A stretch of 64,000 bases of DNA, from the NCBI RefSeq assembly GCF_009914755.1, contig NC_060934.1; one strand, given 5' to 3'. The translations under genes were made by a program, and so were the position numbers. Shown here one piece after another: positions 39,258 through 49,700 of the stretch. The notes under the pieces are model-generated. The model made no database searches, had not been told where the DNA came from, and was given only the letters and a program-made list of their open reading frames with translations. Numbering within the stretch: the first letter of the stretch is position 1; each line of letters starts with the position of its first letter. This stretch comes from the human T2T-CHM13v2.0 reference genome, Homo sapiens.

Positions 39258-40348
39258 GAGTGGTGGTGGTGGTGATCATTTTGCTGGTGATAATGGTGAT
39301 GGTGATATGGTGATGGCGGTGGTGGTGATGATGCTCATAGTAGTGGTGATGGTAGGTGTGATGGTGGTGATGGTGGTGGTGATAGTCATGGTGGTGATGG
39401 TGACAATGGTGGGGATGGTGGTGGTGGTGTGATGGTGATGATAGTGGAGATGGTGGTGGCAGTGACAGTGATAATGGTGATGGTGGTGTGATGGTGGTTG
39501 CAATGGTGATGGTGATAGTGATGGTGGTGGGGTGATACTGATGATAGTCATGGTGGTCATGATGGTGATGGTGATGGTGGTAGTAGTGATGGGGGAGGTG
39601 GGATGGTGATCATGATGATGATGGCAGTAGTGGTGATGGTGATGGTGGAGGTGGTGGTGGTGATAATGGTGATGGTGATGATGGTGATGTGATAATGGTG
39701 ATGGTGATGGTAGTGGTGATGGGGGTGGTGGTAATGGTGATGATGGTGATGGTGATGATGGTGGTGGTGGTGATAATGGTGATGGTGGTGGTGGTAATGG
39801 TGATGGTGATGATGGTGATGTGATAATGGTGATGGTGATGGTAGTGGTGATGGGGGTGGTGGTAATGATGATGGTGATGGTGATGATGGTGGTGGTGGTG
39901 ATGATGGTGATGGTGGTGGTGGTGATAATGGTGATGGTGATGATGGTGATGGTGATGATGGTGATGGTGATGGTAGTGGTGATGGGGGTGGTGGTAATGA
40001 TGATGGTGATGGTGATGATGGTGGTGGTGGTGATAATGGTGATGGTGATGGTGGTGGTAATGGTGATGGTGATGATGGTGATGGTGATGATGGTGATGGT
40101 GATGGTAGTGGTGATGGGGGTGGTGGTAATGATGGTGGTGATGGTGATGATGGTGATGGTGGTGATGATGGTGATGGTGATGGTGATGATGGTGACGGTG
40201 GTGACAATGGTGATGGTGATGGTGGTGGTAGTGATGGGGGAGGTGGGATGGTAATGATCATGGTGATGATGGCTGTAGCGGTGATGGTGGAGACTGTGGT
40301 GGTGATGGTGATGCTGATAATGACAAAAGTGTTGATGATGGTGATGGC
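39258..40348. repeat. Compound (GAT/GGT)n triplet low-complexity tract
   Basis: About 1.1 kb of ATG/GTG triplets, giving poly-Met/Val and poly-His/Pro pseudo-ORFs. Confidence 0.95.
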
Positions 40349-40555
40349 AGCTAACTCATGGAAGCTTTACTGGGGCTTGTGCTGTACTAAGTATCTCATT
40401 TAATATTAACTCATTTAATATTCAGTACGAGGCTACACGGTAGGTACCATCATATTTCCCACTTTACAGATGAGGACACTGAGGCACAAGGGAGGTGGCA
40501 GTCTCCCCAAGGTCACATGGCAGGACTCTAGCAGTTTGGCCTCAGAGTTTATGTG
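40349..40555 (-). mobile_element. MIR element
   Basis: 'cccactttacagatgaggacactgaggcaca...ccccaaggtcaca' is the reverse complement of the MIR core. Confidence 0.85.
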
Positions 40556-43500
40556 CCTGCCCAGCTCTCTGCACCACCTCGAGTGGAGTCTTGGCAGGTT
40601 CTGTTCCCAGCCGGTCCTTTGAGATACTGCCTCAGGGGATGTGACCCTATATCATCCTGATAACCCAAGGGGCAGGGAGACAGCTCCAGAACAGACAAGA
40701 CAAAGTTGGCCTTGTAGACCCACACTGCCCTCCAAGGGCTTCCAGACTGGAGCAGAACAAAACAAACACTGCCCAAAGGATCTGTGGCCTGCTAGAAGGT
40801 CGAGGGTTCCTGGCTCAGCATCTGCAAAGATTGCCTTGAGCCCCTGCCTCAGACGACACGACAAGGGACAAGGAGTGTGTTCCCCAGGCCGGCCTCCCTG
40901 CCAGACACCTTGGAGGAGGCCTGGCGTGCTCCTGCTCCCTAGTCTGTCCAGGCTTCTTGAGTGATGAATGGTTGCTTACTGAAATCAGAGCAGGCCCTCT
41001 GTATTAAAGGCTTCATCCTGTCTCCTGCCTTCCACAGCTGCTGTGGGCAAAAGGCTTGCCATGAGGCGACCTGGGTCCCAGCCTCAAGGCCCATCCCTGC
41101 CTTTGGCCTCTGGGCACCAGCTCTGGAGAAATCTGTGGTCTCTGACTCATGGCTGTGTCCTGCGAGGCCTCCATCTTGACCAGACACCTTCGATGCATCT
41201 CAGGAGCACCTCACTATGCTGCATGAGACTTGCACACAGCCAGGCCCTGGTGAGCTCCAGTAAGATCAAGCAAGCCCAGGTGTGTTGGGGGTTGGGGGGA
41301 TACCAGGTGATTCTGGAGCAGGCTGGACACAGGCCAGGCTGCGGCTGCACCTCAGTCATGGGGAGGCCGCTGTAAGCCTCATCTCGTGGAAGAGACCAAC
41401 AAAGGCTGAGAACCTGCTCACCACTGCCCTTCCCAAGTCTCAGTGATGATGTAGTGCGGTAGGACAGTGCTGGGCAGGTCCAGGTCCAGCAGTCAGGAGG
41501 GCCCTCTAAGCTCGGACCTGGGGGAGCGACCCTGAAAGACGAGGGGCGGGCATGGAGCTGGTGATGCAAGTGAGCCAGGCTGCCAGGGAGGACAAATCCT
41601 GGAGTTCCTCCAAGGACCGCAGGGGAGGCAGACCCTGAGGGGAGGTGGCCTGCGGGGTTCCTGCCTTCCTCCCCTGCTGTCTCAGGGGACATAGAGGCCA
41701 GCCCCTGCTTCCTCCTCCAGCCACCTGTCCCTCCCTCAACTGTACCCCTTCAGGCCACCCATCCTGCCAACTGCTGGTCACCCACCCCCAGCCCCGGTGG
41801 AAGTTCCGGACACTCTCCTGTCCCCTTGGCTTACCCCATCTGACTGGCTGGGCCGTCCCGAGCTGGGCATGTCCTAGGCCTTGCTGCGGCTGTGCCTACA
41901 GCCAGAGGACCAAAGGCTTTAGGACCTTTTGTTTGGATCAAGTCTCTTGAAGACAAAGTCTAAAGACCTCGGAGGTGTCTCTTCCCACTCTTGGCCTTTT
42001 CACCCCAGCCAGGGGCGTACTCCCGAGGCTCCTCTCCAGCCCAGCCAGGCAGCTCAGGGTCCTCTCACTGTGGGCAGCACCAGCCCCAGTACCCAGGGTG
42101 CTTCCCAGAACTGGGCAGACCTCACTGACTGGCATGAGCAGGGTGGCCTCTGGGGAGATGCTCAGAGCAGCAAGCCTAGGACAGCCTCCCAACCCCCGAA
42201 TACAGGGTCAGACAGGAGGGGATACCTGGGCTGATGAGGTCCCCAAGGACACCTGCACTTTAATCGGGGACTCTGGAAACTCCCATGGCCTCTTCTTCAA
42301 CAAGCAGGTTGGAGCGGGGCGGGAAGCAAGTGGGAGCAGGTGCGGGGGCAGGGCTGCTGGGGGAGGCCCTGAACAGCCACCGTTTAAGTTGCAAAAATGG
42401 TCTCCCTGTCTGCAGATGGTCTTTTTTATACCTTACCTAGTGGAGAGCAGGTTTTAAAAACGGCTTCCAAGTTCACTTAACAATACACAGTAAATAGCAC
42501 GGGCCAGAGGGGAAGAGGCAGAGGGAAGGCGGGCAGGGCAGAGGGAAGGTGGGCAGGGCAGAGGGAAGGCGGGCAGGGCAGAGGGGCAGGAGGTACCATG
42601 GGCCAGCCGTGCTTCTCACTGCCCTCTTCCCCTCTCCAGCCAGAGCTGCCAGCTGCTGGGTGCATCTGTCTGGCCCTCTGTGCCCCGGAACCCTCTTCCC
42701 CTGTCCTGCCCGCCGCCACCCAGCCTTGGTTCCTCTCAAAGCCCAGCAAGTCCACAGGTGGGTCCCTCAGCACACCCCAAACTGTTCCTCCTGCTGGCGT
42801 GGGAAGTCACCAGGAGCCCCAGGCGCACGCAGACACCTTGCAGAGGATCCTGCCCACCCCCACCCCCACCTCGGAAGCCCTTGCTTTTGCCCACCTGGTG
42901 GGGCCCTGGTGAATGCTGGTGCTCCCCTGGACACTCTTTCTGGATCCCTCCACCCACATACAGCCCCCTGTGCATTAGCCCCACCCCATGCTGGCCCCAC
43001 CAGCCTGAATGCTGATTCACCCTGGCAGTCCCCAATGCTCAGAAAGGGCAGTGCCCAGCAGGCCTCTCCAGCAGGCAGGAAGAAGAGCCAAGCAAGTGGG
43101 CAGCCTCAGGATGGCCGCTCAGCCCAACCTGGAGCAGGGTGGCGAGGGGGTCCCTGCTGCCTGGCATTTTTCCTCCAAAGTCAGCCCCACCCCTGGAGGG
43201 GGCAGCTGCAGAGGCCTGTGGGCAGGACAGCAGGCAGGCTCCACTGCAAGCCTGGCAACCAGTGGGCAGGGGCTGGCTGACCCTGGAGAACGGGGCGCCT
43301 TGAGGTGCCTGAGGCCCCAGGAAGGGCTTAGTGTTGGCGGGAGCCCCAGGCCACACAGAGGAGGACAGACACTCACTGGGCTTCCAGGCCTCCTCTGGGA
43401 CTGTCCCCGGCCAGAACTCTGGCTCATTCGGCCTCGGTCCCTACCCCTGTTCTAGCCGGACGGTCAGGTGTCCCAGGCCCCGCGGGCTCCCTCACTCCGC

Positions 43501-44728
43501 CCTGGCTCCTCTCTGAGGCTCCCACTGCCGCGCGGCCGCCGGAGGGCGAGGTCGACAGGCGCCAGCGACCCGACGGTCCCCAGTGGCACCAGGGGCGGTG
43601 GTCCTCAATTCCCAGGCTGGGAGGAGCCCTGCCCGGCGGCGCTGGGTCGCCAGGACAACTACGCGGTCCCCCGCCCCGCCTCCAGGCCTCGTCAGGCGCT
43701 GCAAGTCCGGCTCAGAAGCCCGGCCCGGGGCCAAGGTCACCGCAGCAGGCCGGGCCCCTGCGTTCTGAGCCGGGTGCGGACGTGCTGGTGCTCGGGGAAG
43801 TCGGGGGCTTTGACGCCTGAAGGCGCGGGAGCCGGGCGCCTGGGGGAAGGGGGTCCGGCGCCGTCACCTCCCACTCCTCGCCCGCGGGTCGGGGAGCCCC
43901 TGCCGCGGGGGAAGGAGGCTGTTTCCTTTGTAAACTGGCGGAGGCGCGCCTGGCCCCTGGGCCCGGCAACCCGAAGAGACACGCCCGAGACCTCCGGAGG
44001 GAGTTAACCCCCCGGGCCCCGGTGCCGGCCACCCCCAGGCGCGCAGGGTGGCCCTGAGCCGGGCGCGCGCCCGCTTGTCGCCCCGAGAGGCGCCGAGCCC
44101 AGTGGGGCGACCCAGTGTCCCGCCCCCCACGCGGCGAGGGCGACACTAGGCCGCTGCCCCCGGGCGCCCCGCGTCCCCTCCGCCTGCCCCGGCTTCCTGC
44201 GCGCGCCGCCCGGGACTTCCTCGCCGCAGTGCCCGGGGCCACCAGAGCCCAGCGCGGGGCGCTGCCGGGACACGCGGGCGGCCGACCCCAGGCGGGAGGA
44301 TCCGGGCCACCGGGGAGGGAGGGAGGGCGCAGGGCTGGGCCCGGAGGGGGAGGGGGGCCCGGGACCGGCCCCAGGCAGGGGAGCGGGGGGATGGGGTCCC
44401 GGGGCTCCGGCCGCGGCGGGTGTCCCCCCCGCCGCCCCCGGGCTCGTGGCTCTCGGGTCCTCCCGAGCCAGGGGACACTCCCGGCCAGCGTGGGCCGCGA
44501 GCCCGGGCGCAGCCCCCTCTCCAGCCCGGGGGTCCGCACCGCGCGTCCGGCCGACCTCTGCGGGCGGGCGCGGCTTCTCCCGGGACGCGGCGGCGGCGGG
44601 CGGGGTCCCCGGGAGCGGAGCCCGCGGCCGCGCGCCCCCGGCCCGGCTCGGCTCGGCTGTGGCGGCCGCCCCAGCGGAGCTTTGTGACGTCAGGCGGCCG
44701 CGGGGCGGCGTCACGCGCGGGGCTGACC

Positions 44729-44755
44729 CGGCGGCGGCGGCGGCGGCGGCGGCGG
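44729..44755 (+). repeat. (CGG)9 trinucleotide repeat 30 nt upstream of the PWWP2B ATG
   Basis: Nine uninterrupted CGG units counted. Confidence 0.97.
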
Positions 44756-44785
44756 GGCGGGGGCGGCCTGGGACGCGGCGGGAGC

Positions 44786-44910
44786 ATGGAGCCGCGCGCC
44801 GGCTGCCGGCTGCCGGTGCGGGTGGAGCAGGTCGTCAACGGCGCGCTGGTGGTCACGGTGAGCTGCGGCGAGCGGAGCTTCGCGGGGATCCTGCTGGACT
44901 GCACGAAAAA
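44786..44910 (+). CDS. PWWP2B: PWWP2B coding exon 1 (MEPRAGCRLPVRVEQVVNGALVVTVSCGERSFAGILLDCTK-K)
   Basis: ATG in strong Kozak context (AGCATGG). Donor AA|gtgagc at 44911. The 125 nt end in phase 2 and join exon 2 in frame. Confidence 0.95.
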
Positions 44911-46481
44911 GTGAGCGGGGGCGCGGGCCGGGACACCCCCGGGGTCCCCACGCGACACCCGCCTCCGCCGCCCGGAGACCCGGGACCCGCCTCCGGGGTG
45001 GGGGTGGCGTGGCCCCGGCGCCCGCTTTCGGTTTCTGCCGAGCCTGAGTTTCGGGGCGCGCGAGCGCGGCCGCCACTCGGGGGGGCAAAAGTGGTTCTCA
45101 AAGTCGTCGCGACTTTTCGGGGCGGGCGCCGGGCCGGGGCGGGCCGGGGCGGGGGGCGCGGGGCCGGGGTCCCGGAACTCCACACATCTGCCATAATTAA
45201 TGCACTTTTCTTTGTTCAGAGCCACTGTTGAATTCGACTGTTGGCAGAATTGTCGTTAAAGCAGGGGAGGGTCAGATGCGCCGTGGCCTTGCCCTGGCAG
45301 TTCCTCACAGGTGGGGGTGCCCTGTCGAAGGCCACGGGCCCCTGGCTGCTGGGAGTGACTCCGCGGCTGAGGTTTGGATTCGGGGAGAGCAGTTGCGCCC
45401 AGCTGTGCGATTTAAGAACAGTTTCAGGCCAGGGAGCCCTGAGTCATGGGGGCGTGAAGAGGTACAAGCTGTGGGAGCCGTGGGCACATCCCCCGGGAGC
45501 CCTGGCTTCCTGGGTGGGGGGCGCAGGGCAGGGCGGGGCGGTTCCTCCTGAGAGGCACCTGTGCACGGGCTGCAGGGACCCATGCGGTGCAGATGAGCCT
45601 CCTGGACACCGCGTCACATGGCAGGGAGCTGTCGCTGCCAGATCAATGATTAGGCATGAATCAGGCTGTGGCCTCGCTGCGCTCCTGCAGGGCTTTCTTT
45701 TGAAACTGGGAGCAGGGAAAGGCTCCTCTTGTAAAGGCCCAACTTTTTCCATCCGTGGAGCCCAGATTTTTGCCTGGTGACATGAATTAGCAGAGAGGAC
45801 CGTGTTCCTTCCACAATTATTTCGCAGACGTTATCTCTTCATTAGATGTGCCAGAAGCCATTTATCCACAAGTCACGTGATTTAACATATGGCTCCCGTG
45901 TGGTTCCTGCCCGCTCCGTGTGGGCTACCGCTGGGAGTGCACGGGCAGGATGGAGGGACACTCGGGGGGTGAGAATCGCCACCTGGGAGCTGCCATCCCC
46001 TCCACCATCGGCCTCAGCTTCCTCTGGCGGGCAGGGTTGGGCTTGGTCCTGGTCAGCAGGGCCGCACCCCTGCCAGACCTGCACCACCTTGCCTGGCCTT
46101 TCCTCCCTGAAGAGGGGCACGAGCGGCAGTGGGTTGCCCCATTTCCCAGGTTCCTTGACTCGGGACAAGGGAGGCTGAGAATATCTGCAGTGGCCTCGGG
46201 CTCTCCTCCCTGAGGCCCATGGCTAACCTGGTTTGCAAATCTACACCACCGCCTCCCCTTCATGGAAAAAACCAGGCCCGATGGGACCCCCGGCGTGGGA
46301 ACTGGCAGCTGTAGGATGCATGGGTGTCAACCCTGCCTGCCACGTTCAGCTGTAACCAGAGCCACCCACGGAGCTGGGCGCTGGGCCTCTGCGGGCACAG
46401 CCACTTAGCAGCCAACCTTGCTGCCTTGGGCTGGCCCCCTTGTCCTTGTGGGGAATCTGAAGGTAGAGCAGGCTCCCCGAC

Positions 46482-46731
46482 CCCCAGTCCTGAGGCTTGT
46501 CCTGGAAGGACCCCTGCCCCCTCCCTCATCTCCCCTGTGCCTGAGTCTGTCCGGCTGTTCTCCTCTCCCCCAGCCCCAGTCCTGAGGCTTGTCCTGGAAG
46601 GACCCCTGCCCCCTCCCTCATCTCCCCTGTGCCTGAGTCTGTCCGGCTGTTCTCCTCTCCCCCAGCCCCAGTCCTGAGGCTTGTCCTGGAAGGACCCCCG
46701 CCCCCTCCCTCATCTCCCCTGAGCCTGAGTC
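46482..46731. repeat. 92-bp tandem repeat, about 2.7 copies, in PWWP2B intron 1
   Basis: 'agtcctgaggcttgtcctggaaggacccc' recurs at 46486, 46578 and 46670. Confidence 0.92.
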
Positions 46732-49700
46732 TCCAGCCGGTTCTCTGTCCTTGTATTCCGAGTCCCAGGGCTCCTGTTTCCAGCCCTGCCTCGGACCGCA
46801 GGGTGCTGACCTGCCTTCCCCAGGTGCCAGTTTCTCATCAGGGCGTGGTGCCCGCCCTTATCCCCTGCATGTGACAGTGGAGGCCCAGTCCCCAAGTGTG
46901 GGTGCTGACTCACAGGGAAGAGCTGCTGGGAGCCCTATGACAGGTGTCCGCCCACCTCAGGGAACCTGTGGGTCCCAGCACAACCGGCGCTGTTGAGCGC
47001 AGGCGGCGGGCAGCCAGGCACCTGTTCAGAGCAATCCCACGGGAATGGCGGCCCCGCTCACACAGGCGCCGGGATGCAGGGCTGAGGTGGGCCCAGCAGC
47101 CAGCGTTTGTTGTCGGCCGGTTTGGGAGATGGCATTCTCTCCCTTGCTTGCAAAGCAGAGGGGAGAGGGGCTTGGCAGGTGGGTGGAATTGCCTGGCTTG
47201 TGCCACAAGGGCCATGTGATCTGAAGCAAGATTCTCTTGAGTGTCAGCCTGCGTGTACATCTGGGTGAGTTCACTGCACACCTACTGTGTGCCAGGAAGT
47301 GGGCTGAGCCCGGAGCAGGCGGCCTCCAGTGATCTTCCCCCAGTCTGGGCCAATGTGGTGGTGGTTCCTTCCAGAGCATCGATGACACAAGCCTTGTCCT
47401 GACCTGCGTTGTTTTGTGGGTGATTTGGGGACATGCTTCTGGTTTAGGATCTTGGGTGGGGTGGCCCTGGCTGAGGGGTGGCCTGAGGACAGACGAGGCT
47501 CCGAGTGCGGAAGGGCTGGCCTGCCCCACCAGAGCCTCCTGGCTCCATCTCTGAGCTGGTATTTATCGGCCTCCCCCAGTTGTGGGTTGCCTATGGTTCC
47601 AGACACAGACTGCTGGAAAGGTCAGGGGACTGTCCTCTGTGAACCACACCCTAGCCCAGACACCCTGGCCCACACTGAGAACCCCAGACACTGCCTGTCC
47701 CGGCAGAAGGGCACCCTGAGCTCTGTCCTGGGCTCACCTGTCCAGGTGGAGGCTGCACTGCTGGGGGCTGCTCTTGGGATGATTCACTCAACAACCAAGC
47801 GGGGGAGCACCTGGGCCAGGGCTGCAGTGGTGATAGGCTGTGCCCCCTGCCCTTGGGGAGTGAGAGGGACACAGGCCTAGTGCATTGAAGGCCAGGGCAC
47901 CAGGAGGCCTGGCTAGCATGGCTGGTCTTCGGAGCGTCTCGAGGGGATGGCATCTGAGTGAGTGGGTAAGGAGGGTGTGGGGTGGGGGCCTGGCCTTGTG
48001 CTACTTGGGGAGCCCCACAGGGCTTAGAGAGGGACTATGCTGATGGCTCATAAACCCTTGAGTCCAGGACACAGGGGGCCGGCCGTGGCCACCTGGCCCC
48101 ACCTGCTCTCCCCTGGAGATCCTGGGGCAGGTGCCCACAGGGTGAGGCAGGCTCCCCTTGTGGGGCCTTGGAGGAGGCGCTCCCCTGGTGTCTAGCCTGT
48201 GGCTTCTCCTGCCAGCCTGCTTTTCCCTAACCCCTGAGAGAGTTGGCCTGGGGAGACCCCACTGCCCCCAGCAGGCCTGACCTGCCCGCCCTTTTCCCGC
48301 ATGCTGTCCTGCTGTGGGTGTCTGCAGGGCTACAGGGAGACTGCAGACGCTTTCTAGACTGACACTGGAGCATAGCCGAGGCCTTGGGTGCCAGACTCAG
48401 GCTGTCCTGGGCTGCGCTGAGGCTGCCTGTTCCTGTTCCAGGAGCCGCATTTTCTTTACCTCTTTAGGCCACAACAGGGTGTCCTTTCCTGATCAGAGAG
48501 TGAGGAAGGAAGGTCCAGGGTGAATGTGGGCCCGGGAGGCCAGGCAGGGGGCTGCCATGTGGGCATCTGCCATCTCATGGCCCTGGTCTGTAGAATGGGG
48601 AAGCCGTGGGGAGGCGCTGCCAGCGAGTGCAGGGGGCTTGGGCAGGCAGCCAGGGCTGTGCTCCTCCCGGCCATGGTCCCGGGCAGACCTCAGGCCTGGG
48701 CCTTTCTGGGAGTTTGGCTGAGCCTGACATCCAGGCGAGGCCCCAGGGCCGCCACGGCTGAGTTAAGGCTCGGCCACTTGTGTCTGGCTGAGGACCTCAG
48801 GCCTGGTCTCCAGGGCCCCCGTGTCCTTGCCAGGACACTGCTGTGCCATTGGGAGTGGCACTGGCGTACTTTTTGCTTTGGGGTCTGGTCCGTTCTGCAA
48901 TTAGAGACTCCAGGGCGTCTCACCCCTGCCTCAGTTTCCCTAGCCCTTTCTCAAAGCAAAGGTTATTTGTTCTGTCCCTGAGCTCGCAAGGATGTCGCGT
49001 GAGGCTTATTTCAAGGGGCCCCTCGCATGTCCTCTTCCCCACAGGCAGGGCCCCCATGGGGCCCCCACATGTCCTTCCCTTCCCCACAGGCAAGGCCCAG
49101 CGGATGGCTCTAAAAGGGCAGCCTGGACCCAGCAGGCCCATCTAGCTCCAGGGCCACTCCATCTTCCCACCTGCCAAGGCTCGGTGTTACCTGTGGGTCA
49201 CAGCCAGGCCAGTGGGGCCCCTGTCCCTAGGGGGTGGGTGTGTGGGGAACTACACTGCACCTGTGCACTTCCAGAAGGACCACTCTTCACGTCCCAGGGT
49301 CCAGGATAAGCCACTGAGGTTCTCCCTGTGCCAGCGCCGTCCCCGTGCCTGGAGACCCCCGTGGGTACCCACCCACTCAGCCTGGAGGCACGTTCCCTGG
49401 TCTCGCTCGGCCTCACTGGCCAATCTGCGAAATGGGAAGACTGTGATCTGTATCTCATGGGGTTGCTCAAGGAGGGCAGGAGCCGAGGTCCCAGCAGCCT
49501 GGGGGCTCTGCTGTTGGCTTTGCAAGATCCCTAGGGCTGGGTTCCCCTACCCGTCCCAGCCTGCGGAGTGAGCTGTTCCCACCCTGTTCTGTTCCCACCC
49601 TGTTTACCCACCAGTGCGCTGGGGTGCGGCCTGGGCAGGGCGGCAGCTCCAGGAAGGAAGTATGGCTGCCTGACGTGCCAGGGTCACCGGCCGTTTTTGT

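Larger units (their letters stand above)
43440..45200. promoter_or_regulatory. PWWP2B: CpG island / PWWP2B promoter with a full CRE (TGACGTCA 44685-44692), a half-CRE (44709-44713) and GC boxes
   Basis: Very high GC and CpG density around coding exon 1. Motifs read directly from the sequence. No TATA box seen. Confidence 0.9.

Noticed and set aside
43468-45231. Multiple 150-360-aa ORFs across the CpG island
   Set aside because: Stop-codon scarcity in very GC-rich DNA explains them. Only the ATG at 44786 fits a spliced gene model.
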